Assembly: GCA_043732485.1 (NCBI GenBank)
Contig: JAYTHP010000114.1
Span: 10,006 to 74,005, forward strand
Reading direction: 5' to 3'
Source of the DNA: Oligoflexia bacterium
Lineage (GTDB): Bacteria > Bdellovibrionota > UBA1018
DNA: 64,000 nt
The notes beneath the pieces were generated by a model. The model was not told the origin of the DNA, did no database searches, and worked only from the letters and a program-made list of their open reading frames with translations. Below are positions 32,130 through 43,085 of this stretch, piece by piece. Numbering within the stretch: position 1 is the first letter of the stretch; each line of letters opens with the position of its first letter. The position numbers were made by a program, and so were the translations under genes.

Positions 32130-32442
32130 GACACTATCCCTCATGCATGGTCCAGCCATTATTCTTTTACCTTGGACTGACCTCAAGCCCTCTTATCTCG
32201 CAAAACTCCGCCAAAAACTCCGCAAGCTGAGATCACCCGCTGCAACACTCACTCCACCCAGTCTTCCACTCACACACTTCTACCGTGTTTTTTACTCTCA
32301 CGACCGACCGAAAGACCGTCCACTGTTGCCCACTTTGGATCCCCCAAGCCCCCCTCCTTCTCAGCCGCAAAAACGAGAAGCCTTTTAGACGATTTTTGCA
32401 CACTCTTACGCCGGGTCTCATTCGCGCACACGGAGGTTTGCC

Positions 32443-33445
32443 TTAAAACTTGGCGCCTACCCCTCCACCGAAGAAAAAACCACCCCAATTTAAACCGCTC
32501 GTAGCCGCAAACAGACTAACATTACTGGAAGGCTTCAACACCGGCGAGCGCAAGAGACGATAAACGCTCTCTAGGAACACGTGAAAAATCCGATTCACCT
32601 GATAACTTCCCTCAAACTGCGCTAATCCCCCGAAAATCGTGCCACTCACGCTGCCGTGGTCTTATCCCCCGGCCAGGCAGCGTCGCTGAGGAATGCAAAG
32701 CCGTCGTGAAAAACAGTCCCCCGCGCAGCGAAAATTGCTTCATCCGGCGCTGTGCCTGAAGGCCCAGGGAAAGCGGAATCGAACTCAAGGAGGGATCGTA
32801 AATGTAACCGGTATTGTCATCCGTCAAAGAAGCCGTTTGCCCTATTCGCTCCACACGCAAGGCTGCGGCGAACATCCCCCGCGCCAGTAAACCTTTCGAA
32901 AAAAGTCCGTTTGCAAATGAGTCATTGGGAGCAAAAGCCCCACTGAGGGCAAAATAGACGCTCTCATTAATCTGCGTCACAGCAAGCAGGTCAGGCATAT
33001 TGAGGAGCTGTAATCCACCAGCAGGCTCTAACTGCAACACTCCTGGGAGCAAACTTTTTCGGGAAGGCGAGAGCTCAAAAGAAGCCGACGACGGCGCCTC
33101 ATCCCACAAAGTCTTTACCTGCTCTACAAACCCAATTTTTTGACCCGGAGCCCGCACCTTGTAAAAACCCTCACGACTGCTCCCTGCAACCTCGAGTAGA
33201 TCACCAGGCTGCAGGCTCTCAAGCACCGAACTAGCAGAATCTGCCGCCCGATAAAGCTTCACGCGCTCGCTGCCGCAACTCTCGTCTTTTACCCTAGCCG
33301 TGCTCGCTGTCGACCACGCTGACGAGGAAAGCGCCACGACGCAGAGTAAACCGCTCACCATCCAGGCTCCTACGCCCACCTTTGGCAAAGACTTAAAAGC
33401 GAAAAATCGTTGGAAAATATACTTTCTAGCAACTTTAGGATTCAT
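32443..33445 (-). pseudogene. SH3b + beta-barrel paralog 2, frameshifted near 32650-32680
   Basis: ORF 32612-33445 carries the SH3 domain and most of the barrel. ORF 32443-32649 supplies the homologous C-terminus (GGLAQFEGSY...LNWGG..GAKF). Confidence 0.75.
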
Positions 33446-34323
33446 TCTAAATGTCTGTCCTTCGGAACTATGTTGAACAATACAGCATACAACCTGTCAC
33501 ACCTACGTAAGTCCAGCCACACACCCAAGCCCCACCGATACAGCTTGACCCGGGGGCTCTAGCGGGCCAACCCAAATCACGAAGTGATAACTTCGGTGCT
33601 CGCTTTAAAAAACCTCGTGCTCACCGGAAATCGCGTCCAACTCATTGCAGCCCTCGACCACCCAGCCCGCAGCAAGCTTCTGCTTGCTTACCCCCAAGCG
33701 ATACTTTTGAACTTTCGGCCTTACAAGCACGCATCACTGCCTCTTTAGCAACACAAGCCAAGCCTATCTATTTATTCCCTAAGTTTTATTGTATACCCAT
33801 TACTATCTAAAAAAATAGCGCAAAAAGCTTAAAAATTTTTCAAAGTTAAAATAATTTAATAAATTTTTTTTACTTAACAAATGCCCAGCTCATCAATATC
33901 AGCTAGTTAATCCAGGCGCATCAGACACGGCAAAAATTGCCCGTCATGACCCGTGGCAGCAGGGCAATAAACCTGCGCCCCCCCGGCACTCAACATTGAT
34001 GCCTTCTTGACTCTTGTATTTTCTGCCGCCTCTTCTGAGGAGCAAAAATACGAGCGTAAGAAACCATCGGAGCTCGCACCCCTTGCGGCCTCTTCCAGCG
34101 CCACTGGCTGCGATGGAAGCGACTCACGCTCACTTATCCAAGTCAAAAAAAGCGCTCCATTAAAGGCATGATACCCATACGGACCGCACACTGGCCTGAA
34201 GACACAACTCATTCGAGGTCAGCTTCGTGCCACTCTCAAGCACAGCTCAAGCGACCTACCCGCCCAGCCCTCAGATACCACTAGCAATGCAACTAACTTC
34301 TCGCGCGTTGACGCGGTCAGCCC

Positions 34324-35505
34324 TCAGAACTCCGCGGTTAAACCGCCACCGATAAAAGGACCACCCCAGTCTAAGAAAGCCGTATAATCCAACAAGCTGG
34401 AGTTACTATTCGAATCAAGGACGCGTGACCGCAGGATTCGGTAACCGCCTTCAGCGAAAACGCTTAAAAAAGAATTGACCCGGTAACTACCCTCCACCTG
34501 CGCCAAACCCCCGTACACGTCACCAGAAACCTGACCTGTGGTGCCATCGTTCACACTCATCACAGAGCCGCTTCCCTTGAAAACCGCGGTAGCAAACAAC
34601 CCCCCATGAAAAGAAAACTTGCGACCGGAGCGCCCGACCCTGATCCCCACCGAAATGGGGGTAGCAGCAAGCGACATATTATAGACGAACGTCGTATTCG
34701 CATCGGCAAAACTGACGGCCTGGCGAAATAACTCAACCCGCAAAGCGGCTGCAAGTAGGCCTGGATTAGGCAGATTGCCCCCCGGCTTAAAAGATCCCGT
34801 CAGCGCAAAATAGGTACTATTTTTGATATTCAAGATCGAAATCAGGCCGTTCATGTTCACGACCTGCATCCCGCTTGCCAGACTGACTTGAAAGCGCCCA
34901 GTTTTGAGCGGCAATTCTGCCACCTCGGGTAGTCCTGACGCTTGCGGTGCAGCACTATTCGTCCAATTTTCATAGCCACTGGAACTGCCAGGCGCGGACG
35001 GTTGTCCTTTTTTTGCCATACTGGCATCAAGCGCAGCCAACGAAGCGGAAGCCGCAGGCGTCGCGTTTGAGCTTGCCGCCTCCCCTAACTGAGGCGAGGC
35101 AGCCGGCAGCGGCTCGGCTGTCGGATCAAGCAAAATCTTTTCCTGGGCAATATAGCCAATTTTCTTACTAAAAGTTCGGATCTTAAAAAAGCCCTTTTCA
35201 GCCGCCGTTAAGGCTTCAAAATGATCGCCCTGATACAAAATCTCAAGCACCGAGCTTGCGCCGTCCGCTTCTTGGTAAACCTTCAACGTCGGGGTATTGA
35301 CCATCCCAGCGGTTTCAGCTTGCAACGCTTTTGAATTAGCCAAGATCATCGCGGCAAGCCATAACGTTGCAACTAGCAACCCACGCCAGGAACTTTTCGC
35401 GTTGATAAGTGGTCGCGTTATGCCTGCAACCGACTCTGGCTGTCTTTTTACAGCTGCTACTACTGCTACTGCCTGTTCTTTTTGCTGCAATCCTGACTCA
35501 TTCAT
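34324..35505 (-). CDS. SH3b + beta-barrel protein, paralog 3
   Basis: LKVYQEADGASSVL...GFFKIR...IGY, AAALRVE, EGGYR, C-terminal TAEF. Confidence 0.75.
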   Translation of the reverse strand: MNESGLQQKEQAVAVVAAVKRQPESVAGITRPLINAKSSWRGLLVATLWLAAMILANSKALQAETAGMVNTPTLKVYQEADGASSVLEILYQGDHFEALTAAEKGFFKIRTFSKKIGYIAQEKILLDPTAEPLPAASPQLGEAASSNATPAASASLAALDASMAKKGQPSAPGSSSGYENWTNSAAPQASGLPEVAELPLKTGRFQVSLASGMQVVNMNGLISILNIKNSTYFALTGSFKPGGNLPNPGLLAAALRVELFRQAVSFADANTTFVYNMSLAATPISVGIRVGRSGRKFSFHGGLFATAVFKGSGSVMSVNDGTTGQVSGDVYGGLAQVEGSYRVNSFLSVFAEGGYRILRSRVLDSNSNSSLLDYTAFLDWGGPFIGGGLTAEF

Positions 35506-36641
35506 TTGAACACCCCAACTAAATCTAAAGGATTCACTTTCACTGCATTCACCATCGCGCCCCAGTGTAAATGAGGCCCAGTCACCCTTCCAGTTTTCCC
35601 AGAAAGCGCTATCTGTTGATATTTATCGACCACGTCTCCTACTTTTACTCCAAAATGATTCAAATGACAATAAATCGTCAAAACACCATAACCATGGTCG
35701 ATGATGATCGTATTACCCGTAAAGAAAAGATTTTTTGCCAAAACTACTTTTCCTGCTGCGGAAGGAAAAACCGGAGTATTCATTGCGGCTCGAATATCAA
35801 GCCCCGGATGAAAACTCTTCATTACTCCATTATACACTCGCTTGGTGCCATAAGCGCTAGTAAAAATATCACTAATCGGTAATCTAAAAGAGCTATTCCA
35901 ATATTTTTTATCTGTAAAATACGTCCGACGATAAAGTGACGCTAATTCTGCCTGCTCAGCATGAATGCGCGCCAAATCCTGAGGCCTTTTCGGCTCCACT
36001 CGCCGGTGGTCCACCCGAATCTGCTCAGAGGTAAATTCGCCTTCTACAACCCGGAAACTTTTGCGCATCACGGAAAGCCCAAACTTAAATTCCACCTCCG
36101 TCACCCCCAAAGGCGTTTCAAAGGGCACCGCCAAAATACTGTCAAACACCTGTGCGGAATTAAACGCCACAGGCTCAAGCGCGATTAAATCGGGAGGCGA
36201 CGCGCTCAAGGGCGCATTCTCAAAGCTGGGCGAAGACGGCGGTGGCAAGGTTCCCGCTGTATTGACATCAGAACCTGCCTCTGAGAACGAAGAAGAAGAG
36301 GCGGCATCAACTAAGGTTGATTCCTGGGCACTCACAAAAAATCGCAGTTTTTGTCCCTTCCACTCAGCCTCCAGATCCGGGCGCCCGCTTTTTAAAAGCG
36401 CCACTGAATAAGCATAGGGAACGCGCACCCGCAGCAGGAGCAATGAACCCGGCACCACTCCTTTTTGCTCTGCGCTTTGCGGCACCCACTCCAGCTTGAC
36501 CACATTTTCAAGCGGCCTTGCCGCATCAATCTGGGTAAAATCAAAACGCGAGGAGTCAAACGGATCCTCAAGCGTTCGAGTGGCACACCCTATCAGCCCC
36601 AAAAGACCAAACATCATCCCGAAAACTACTTTTTTCATCAT
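35502..36641 (-). CDS. M23 family metallopeptidase (lipoprotein)
   Basis: Lipobox LIGC, HPGLD, YCHL, TGPHLHW. Confidence 0.92.
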   Translation of the reverse strand: MMKKVVFGMMFGLLGLIGCATRTLEDPFDSSRFDFTQIDAARPLENVVKLEWVPQSAEQKGVVPGSLLLLRVRVPYAYSVALLKSGRPDLEAEWKGQKLRFFVSAQESTLVDAASSSSFSEAGSDVNTAGTLPPPSSPSFENAPLSASPPDLIALEPVAFNSAQVFDSILAVPFETPLGVTEVEFKFGLSVMRKSFRVVEGEFTSEQIRVDHRRVEPKRPQDLARIHAEQAELASLYRRTYFTDKKYWNSSFRLPISDIFTSAYGTKRVYNGVMKSFHPGLDIRAAMNTPVFPSAAGKVVLAKNLFFTGNTIIIDHGYGVLTIYCHLNHFGVKVGDVVDKYQQIALSGKTGRVTGPHLHWGAMVNAVKVNPLDLVGVFK

Positions 36642-36747
36642 TTTTTTGTCACTTCCCCACACCCTCACAGCTGGCCATCACTTTTTTTCTCACCCCATGT
36701 CCCACCGACTCAAGGCCTGGATCCTCTTCTCTCTTTTTGAGAGAGTG

Positions 36748-38070
36748 TCAAGATCCAGCTAGCACTTCCACCGTCCGCGAGCCATCAGCAAAGATCAGCT
36801 CAAGCTTTTGTCCCCCGTAAGTCTCAGTCGCTTTTTTCACCACCCCACGACCTGACGACTCTCCAGCCTCTTTTACCAAAACATAACCCCGCTCTAGGAC
36901 CTTGAGCGGTGAGAGCGCTTCCAGTTTTCCGGCCGCTTGCCACCACCGCGCTTGCGCCTGCTGCAAGCGGCCCGCCATTGCCCGGCCTGCCCGCATCAGC
37001 AATTCATCGACTTTTTGGGCCTGCTCCAAGCAACGATCTTTGGGACTAGTTAAGCGCGCCTGAATAAAGACTAACAGCATTCTTTTTTGTTGCAAATCTT
37101 TTTGTATGAGTGCAACTAGGCGTAAACGCCAATCGGGCAGTTGCGCCGCCACTTCCACCCAAGCCTGACTTAAAATCTCAGCCGCCGCCGAAGGGGTGGG
37201 CGCCCGAAAATCCGCCACAAAATCAGCAATCGTAAAGTCAATTTCGTGCCCCACTGCCGAAATTACCGGCAAGCGCGAGGCCGCAATCGCCCGCGCGAGA
37301 CCTTCTTCGTTAAAACAACTCAAGTCCTCAATGCTCCCGCCGCCGCGAGCAAGCACGATCAATTGGCCGTCTAGTTGGTTAGCCCGCCCTAAGGCTGCCA
37401 GCAGTTCGCCTGCCGCCCCCTCACCTTGCACCTTCGCTGGAATCAGCCGGATTTGAATATGCGGCGCGCGGCGCTTTAAAATGTGCAGCATGTCTTGCAG
37501 CACAGCACCGGTGGGTGAGGTGATCACCACAATCCGACTAGGAAAACGCGGCAATTTCCGCTTCTTGTCTGGCGCAAATAAACCCTCAGCCCAGAGCTGG
37601 GCCTTCAACTGCTCAAAGGCCAACTGCAGGGCCCCCGCCCCTAACGGCTCCATGCGATCAATCACTAACTGATAGTTGCCGCGCGGGGGATAGATGGAAA
37701 CTTTTCCGCGACACAAGAGCTGTAAGCCGTTCTTAAACTCAAACGTTTGACGCTTTGAGCCCCAGCCAAACGCCGCAGCCGCAAGCGTTGCCCCTTGATC
37801 TTTTAAGGAAAAGTAGAGATGTCCCGAGCCCGCCGGACGATAGTTGGCCACTTCGCCTTGCACCCAGACCTGGGTAAACTGCGGCTCCAAGACACCGCGC
37901 ATCTTTTGCGTCAGTTCGCTGACGCTCCAGGCCTTAAGGGGTAACTGAGAAGCTGAGGCCCCTCCCTGCCGTTCCACTGCACCTTCAGCCGCCAAAGCAA
38001 AAGGCGACAAGGCGGGCAAAGAGGAAGACAAAGCTTGAGAAGCTGGGTGGGTCGTGGTGGGATTTGTCAT
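36748..38070 (-). CDS. xseA: exodeoxyribonuclease VII large subunit
   Basis: SGHLYFSLKD, ARGGGSIEDL, SAVGHEID, APTPSAAAE, LSPLKVLERGY. Confidence 0.96.
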   Translation of the reverse strand: MTNPTTTHPASQALSSSLPALSPFALAAEGAVERQGGASASQLPLKAWSVSELTQKMRGVLEPQFTQVWVQGEVANYRPAGSGHLYFSLKDQGATLAAAAFGWGSKRQTFEFKNGLQLLCRGKVSIYPPRGNYQLVIDRMEPLGAGALQLAFEQLKAQLWAEGLFAPDKKRKLPRFPSRIVVITSPTGAVLQDMLHILKRRAPHIQIRLIPAKVQGEGAAGELLAALGRANQLDGQLIVLARGGGSIEDLSCFNEEGLARAIAASRLPVISAVGHEIDFTIADFVADFRAPTPSAAAEILSQAWVEVAAQLPDWRLRLVALIQKDLQQKRMLLVFIQARLTSPKDRCLEQAQKVDELLMRAGRAMAGRLQQAQARWWQAAGKLEALSPLKVLERGYVLVKEAGESSGRGVVKKATETYGGQKLELIFADGSRTVEVLAGS

Positions 38071-38099
38071 GATACGCTCGCGTTACCCCTTAGCCAAGC

Positions 38100-39677
38100 T
38101 TATTCACTTTTTTGCGGTTCCTGCTTCGGGGATGCATTTTTTTGCGCTCCCTCAGAGCCAGGGACCGAAGAGGAGACGGCCACCGGTTCGCCGGCCTTCG
38201 TAAAAGCTTCAAAGGATTTTAGCGCAATGAGAGCCTGCTTCACCTGGTAATCCTCTTTGGGATTCAAGCGATACGGCGTCATCTCATCGGCTTCTTCCTT
38301 AGCCTTATCGCCAGACTTGTCGCCGGCTTTTTCCTTCTTGCGGTCCTTATCGCTGTCCCGTCCGGTCTCTTTGGTGAGCGCCTCTAACTCCTCTTTTTTG
38401 AAGTCTTGTGCAGGCTCTTCCGTACCATCCGTGTTCACCATGTGACCCTTCAGATCGCGCTCCCGGAAACTATCGTATTTGAGCTTGGCAGCTGAGAGCA
38501 GCTTTGAGTCAAATTCATCTAAAATCACGTCAGGCGCCACCCCTTTTTCCTGAATGCTACGACCGCTCGGCGTGTAATAGCGGGCAATCGTCAGCTTCAG
38601 CCCCATGTCGGGCGGCAAAGGAATGACGGTTTGCACCGAGCCCTTCCCAAAGGTCGACTGACCCATAATGATCGCACGGTGATGATCTTGTAAGGCTCCG
38701 GCCACGATCTCGGCAGCAGAAGCGGTGCTAGAATTCACCAAAACGGCCACGGGAAAATCCTTAAACGCCATGCCGCGGTGAGCGTATTTCACGTCCTTTT
38801 GATCGCGGTTGCGGCCAATCGTCGAGACAATCACCCCTTCATCGATGAACAGCGAAGCCACTTCCACCGCTTGATCTAGTAAGCCTCCGGGATTGGTGCG
38901 TAAATCAAACACTAGGCCACGAATTTTCTTCTTGGCTTGCATCTGTTCGATCGCTTTTTTGACATCCTGCGCCGCATTTTCGTTAAACGTGGTGAGCCTG
39001 AGGTAGGCAAATTGTGGCTCTAAAAGCTCGTTTTTCACGCTTTGAATGCGAATCACTTCGCGAGTAATTTTAATGTCTTTGATCCGCTCAAAACCATCGC
39101 GGTAAATGGAAATCGTCACATCCGTCTTGGCTTTGCCCCGCATCTTCGACACGGCTTCCACCAAATTCATGCCTTTGGTGCTTTCCCCGTTGATTTTTAC
39201 AATCCGGTCGTTCGGCTTTAACCCTGCGCTCCAAGCGGGCGTGTCTTCAATCGGCGCCAGAATCGTCAAGATGTTATCTTTCATCCCGATTTCAATGCCT
39301 AAACCACCAAATTTTCCGGTGGTGTCAATTTGCATGTCTTTGAACAAATCCGCCGGTAAAAAATTAGAATGCGGATCCAAGGTCTCCAGCATCCCCTTAA
39401 TGGCTCCTTCAATGAGCACTCGGTGCTTCACCGGATCGACGTAATTGGTGAGAATAAACTGCAAAACCCGGTTAAAAAGCTCGAGATTTTCGTAATGCTC
39501 GGCGTGCCCTTCCACCGTCTGCGCCCCGGGGGTGGCAATGGCGGAGCCCACTTTCGCGGAAAGCGAAGCGCCTAAACTCCCCCCATGCCTTGTGAGACTT
39601 TGCCCGACCCCGACGCCTGCAAAGGAAACCATTAAAACGGAAGCCACCAAAAAACAGTTCTTTAAAAAATGCACCAT
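38100..39677 (-). CDS. ctpA: S41 carboxyl-terminal protease
   Basis: LDPHS, PDZ GGLGIEI, DLRTNPGGLL, ASAAEIVAGALQD, TFGKGSVQ. Confidence 0.95.
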   Translation of the reverse strand: MVHFLKNCFLVASVLMVSFAGVGVGQSLTRHGGSLGASLSAKVGSAIATPGAQTVEGHAEHYENLELFNRVLQFILTNYVDPVKHRVLIEGAIKGMLETLDPHSNFLPADLFKDMQIDTTGKFGGLGIEIGMKDNILTILAPIEDTPAWSAGLKPNDRIVKINGESTKGMNLVEAVSKMRGKAKTDVTISIYRDGFERIKDIKITREVIRIQSVKNELLEPQFAYLRLTTFNENAAQDVKKAIEQMQAKKKIRGLVFDLRTNPGGLLDQAVEVASLFIDEGVIVSTIGRNRDQKDVKYAHRGMAFKDFPVAVLVNSSTASAAEIVAGALQDHHRAIIMGQSTFGKGSVQTVIPLPPDMGLKLTIARYYTPSGRSIQEKGVAPDVILDEFDSKLLSAAKLKYDSFRERDLKGHMVNTDGTEEPAQDFKKEELEALTKETGRDSDKDRKKEKAGDKSGDKAKEEADEMTPYRLNPKEDYQVKQALIALKSFEAFTKAGEPVAVSSSVPGSEGAQKNASPKQEPQKSE

Positions 39678-39695
39678 AGGTCTCACCAAAGTAAA

Positions 39696-41507
39696 CTAAT
39701 TGAAGATCCACTGCAATGGATTCACAGCGACATTTCGCATTCTAATCTCAAAATATAGTGGAGTCTTTTCGTCTGTCTTTAACCCAATCAAGTCTCCGAC
39801 GTTCACCTGCTCGTTGAGCTTGCGTGAAATTTGATCGAGATGACCGCTCAGGGAGAAAAAATGCCCTCCGTGATCCAAAATCACCACTTTTCCGTAATGC
39901 GGCAGCTGACCGGCAAAAGCGACTTTCCCTTTGAAAATGGCTTGAACCGACTGGTGGGGGCTTGCAGTAGACGGCGGGTGGGATGACGGGAGCTGAATTT
40001 CAATCCCTTTTTTAAAAACCATCAGCCCCGACTGCGGATCAAAGCTGCGGCCAAACTGCGACACCACCTGCCCGCCGCGCACCGGCAGGGGTAATTTGCC
40101 TTTCGAGTCGGCAAAGAGCGTAGGAAAAAGGCCGCCGTCGCTGGTGCCAGCCAGTGGGTTAAAGGCTTGTTCTTCCTGCGCCACTTGCGCAAGCTCCCGC
40201 TTAGCGCTAAAGTGGGCAGGGCGCGAGCTCCTGGCGTGATCCAGCACGTGATCCATGATTTGGTCCAGTCGCGACTCGGCTTGCTTGGTTTTTTGATAAT
40301 ACACCCACTGATGGAGATGGGTTTGCAGCGGTGGCGCCCCTTCTGTAGGCCTCGCATCTTCCGACGGCGGAAGGGGAGGGGCAAGCCTGTCAGGCGGTTG
40401 CAAACCTGCTGCTGAAGCAGGAGCTAAAAAGGCCCGACTGCTACCCTGTTTTTGCTTACGCGCACCTGACGCTTGCCGCACGCGCGCGGCAAAATCATGG
40501 GCCAGCTTCAGGTTCAACTCCACTAAGCCCTCTTGTTCTTTGGTTTCTTGGATGAGGCGACTTAAATCTTGCTGCTCTTGCTCGATTTTTTCCTGTAAAC
40601 TGGCCTGCTCCAGCGCATGCTGCCTTAAGTCGTGCACCTCTTGGACGCTGTGCCGAATCAGGCGCAAGAAGACCTTCTGCTGCGGCGTGTGGAACACAGC
40701 CGGAGGCGGTGGCAAGCCATCTAACCGCCCCGCAGGCTGCTCAGGCTCCTCCTCATCAGGCGACTGCGCGAGGGAGAACGACCCCAGCGATTGCCAGGCT
40801 GTGACTAAGACTTTAAATTTGCTGCGAATCGTGCGATTTTGCTCCCTCAGTTGCTTTTTCAGTTGCAACTGCCTACGCTCCAGCTCCTGAATGGTCCCGG
40901 TAAGCTCGCTCTGACGCTTCAAACTCACACGCTCTTGTTCTTTTTGCAAATCAATCAAATCATTGAGTTTTTTCTCCTGCTCGAAGGCCTGCTGGGGACG
41001 TTTCAAGGGCTGCAAAAGTAACAGCTCAATCCTTTTTTGCAATTCCTGAATCTGCCAGTTCAAGCCCGCCCATTGCTGCTCAAGGGTCAACCCCGCCGCA
41101 GACGAAGAAGTCGAAGAAGAAGTCGAAGAAGAAGACGAAAGAGGGAGAAGAGGGAGGAGAATGAGTTCGACGCTGCCCGCGGCTTTTTTGCCACCCCTGA
41201 CGGCTCGTTGCAAAGCCGCCGCGGCCTGCTGGTCTTGAAGACTCGTGCGCGGTGAGGCGTGTAACCCGAGACGGCGAGGGTCATGAGGAGAATCGGGAGG
41301 ATGGTCTGACACAAAAGCCTGCGCCAAACCTACCCCACCCCACGACCACCGGGGGTTTACAGGCGTGAGGCCGGCGGCTCTGCTTCCCCCCTGCATTTCC
41401 AAAGTGCATGCCAAGAGCACCCCTCCTAAGTGTGACGCGCGCCTGCCTGCCTGCCCCCCGGGCAAACGCCTTCCTTCCATCCCTAAGCCTTGGCGACTCT
41501 TAGACAA
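39696..41507 (-). CDS. envC: murein hydrolase activator EnvC-like
   Basis: Coiled coil plus degenerate M23 domain (KKGIEI, LYFEIR). Lies downstream of ftsEX. Confidence 0.82.
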   Translation of the reverse strand: MSKSRQGLGMEGRRLPGGQAGRRASHLGGVLLACTLEMQGGSRAAGLTPVNPRWSWGGVGLAQAFVSDHPPDSPHDPRRLGLHASPRTSLQDQQAAAALQRAVRGGKKAAGSVELILLPLLPLSSSSSTSSSTSSSAAGLTLEQQWAGLNWQIQELQKRIELLLLQPLKRPQQAFEQEKKLNDLIDLQKEQERVSLKRQSELTGTIQELERRQLQLKKQLREQNRTIRSKFKVLVTAWQSLGSFSLAQSPDEEEPEQPAGRLDGLPPPPAVFHTPQQKVFLRLIRHSVQEVHDLRQHALEQASLQEKIEQEQQDLSRLIQETKEQEGLVELNLKLAHDFAARVRQASGARKQKQGSSRAFLAPASAAGLQPPDRLAPPLPPSEDARPTEGAPPLQTHLHQWVYYQKTKQAESRLDQIMDHVLDHARSSRPAHFSAKRELAQVAQEEQAFNPLAGTSDGGLFPTLFADSKGKLPLPVRGGQVVSQFGRSFDPQSGLMVFKKGIEIQLPSSHPPSTASPHQSVQAIFKGKVAFAGQLPHYGKVVILDHGGHFFSLSGHLDQISRKLNEQVNVGDLIGLKTDEKTPLYFEIRMRNVAVNPLQWIFN

Positions 41508-42414
41508 ACCTGAAACTCTCCTGCGCGTTGCCTTGCACCAGGCGACTCATCACCAGGCGACTCATCAGGCCTGCCACGCCACCTAAGAGTAACCCCAGCG
41601 GGATCACCCAAGGCTGAGGCGCTTGCAGCGGGAGTACCTCCAGCAGTGGAGAGATTTTTTTCAGATGCTGCAACACCCCCATCCCTAAAGCTAAAAAACC
41701 CGCCCAAGCGAGGCAGCCGCCTAGCCCCCCCATCAGCGCACCTGAGAGAAAATCGGGCGCAAGCAAGGTTCTCTTGCCCGCCCCCCACAGTTGCAAGATC
41801 GCAAGGGCCTCTTGATGCAAAGCGCCGTTCATCTGACACCAGTGGAAAAGGCCAATAGCAAGTGCAAACAGCAACCCCAGCAGCATCATTTGCAGGATTT
41901 TCTTTAAGGCCCCCAAGGACTTTGCGAGCTCCTGGTGCAAATTTTTTTGATGGTCCAAGGACTCAATGCCTGGTATTTGACGAATTTGATCCAAAATAGC
42001 CTGCGAAAAGAACCCCGCAAGCGTCAGATAGCGTGGCACCAGCGAGGCGAGCAGTGAGCCTTCCAGCTGCTCCAGTTCGCCTGCAAGCTTAGCGTCTTGC
42101 AGGCGCAAGAGCCGCAAAAACTCAGCTCTTTTCACCCAAGCCAAGGGACGCGATTGCGGGGCATGGGGTTGCGCCGCAAGCAGCGCTTGCACCTGGGCCA
42201 CGACTTTGCCCTCTTCACTCTCAGACAGCTGCTCTTCCAGATACAAAGTCACTAGTTGTTCGCCTTGTAAGCGCTCAATGGCCTGGAGCAGATGACTCTG
42301 CAACGACCCCACCAGCATCGCTAAACTCAGTAACACCCCGAGGGCTAAGGCTGAGGCCATTTGCCCAAGCGGACTTTGCAGCCAGGGTCTCAGCGCTAAC
42401 TTTAGTAGGAACAT
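41500..42414 (-). CDS. ftsX: FtsX-like permease
   Basis: Four-TM layout, ILQLWGA, located between ftsE and envC. Confidence 0.8.
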   Translation of the reverse strand: MFLLKLALRPWLQSPLGQMASALALGVLLSLAMLVGSLQSHLLQAIERLQGEQLVTLYLEEQLSESEEGKVVAQVQALLAAQPHAPQSRPLAWVKRAEFLRLLRLQDAKLAGELEQLEGSLLASLVPRYLTLAGFFSQAILDQIRQIPGIESLDHQKNLHQELAKSLGALKKILQMMLLGLLFALAIGLFHWCQMNGALHQEALAILQLWGAGKRTLLAPDFLSGALMGGLGGCLAWAGFLALGMGVLQHLKKISPLLEVLPLQAPQPWVIPLGLLLGGVAGLMSRLVMSRLVQGNAQESFRFV

Positions 42415-43085
42415 AACACTTCCTCAAACGCCAAATGCCCGCGCTTCAAAATCGCACAACGCTTGCGTACTCGCCGGACGATTTCACGGTCATGGGTGGC
42501 CACCACTAGCGTCGCTTTTTTGACGTTCGCTTTCAAAAATAAATCCATCAACAACCAGGTATGATCGCGGTCTTGGGCACCGGTCGGCTCATCGGCAATC
42601 ACAAACTCCGGATCGCGCACCAAGGCGCGCGCCACTGCCACCCGCTGCGCCTCGCCCCCTGATAAATGCTTGGCCAAGGTCTTGCGCTTGGCATCTAACC
42701 CCAAACGATTGAGCAACTCGCTTAGCCTTGCCTTGGCCTCAACACTGGCTAAGCGCAAGCCTGAAAGCGACAACGACAAAGCCACATTATCCACCACCGT
42801 GAGATCAGGAATGAGCCCAACGTTTTGGGGGATATAGCCCACCGACTGGCGAATGGCCCTTAAGGTGAGACTAGAGGCTGTAGCAAGATCATAGCCAAAG
42901 AGTTTAATTTGCCCCGAGCTTGGCGTCTCTTGGGTGTTCATCAGGCGCAAAAGCGTCGATTTTCCGGCGCCTGACCCCCCCACCACGTAAAGAAAATCGC
43001 CCCGTGCAAGCGTCAAATTGACCCGGTCTAGCACTCGAGCTTGATTAAAGTAACTCTTTGAGACATCAGTCAGCGTCATGGACAT
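42402..43085 (-). CDS. ftsE: cell division ABC ATPase FtsE
   Basis: GGSGAGKST, LSGGEAQRVAVARA, ADEPTG, ATHD, plus gene context. Confidence 0.88.
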   Translation of the reverse strand: MSMTLTDVSKSYFNQARVLDRVNLTLARGDFLYVVGGSGAGKSTLLRLMNTQETPSSGQIKLFGYDLATASSLTLRAIRQSVGYIPQNVGLIPDLTVVDNVALSLSLSGLRLASVEAKARLSELLNRLGLDAKRKTLAKHLSGGEAQRVAVARALVRDPEFVIADEPTGAQDRDHTWLLMDLFLKANVKKATLVVATHDREIVRRVRKRCAILKRGHLAFEEVLCSY

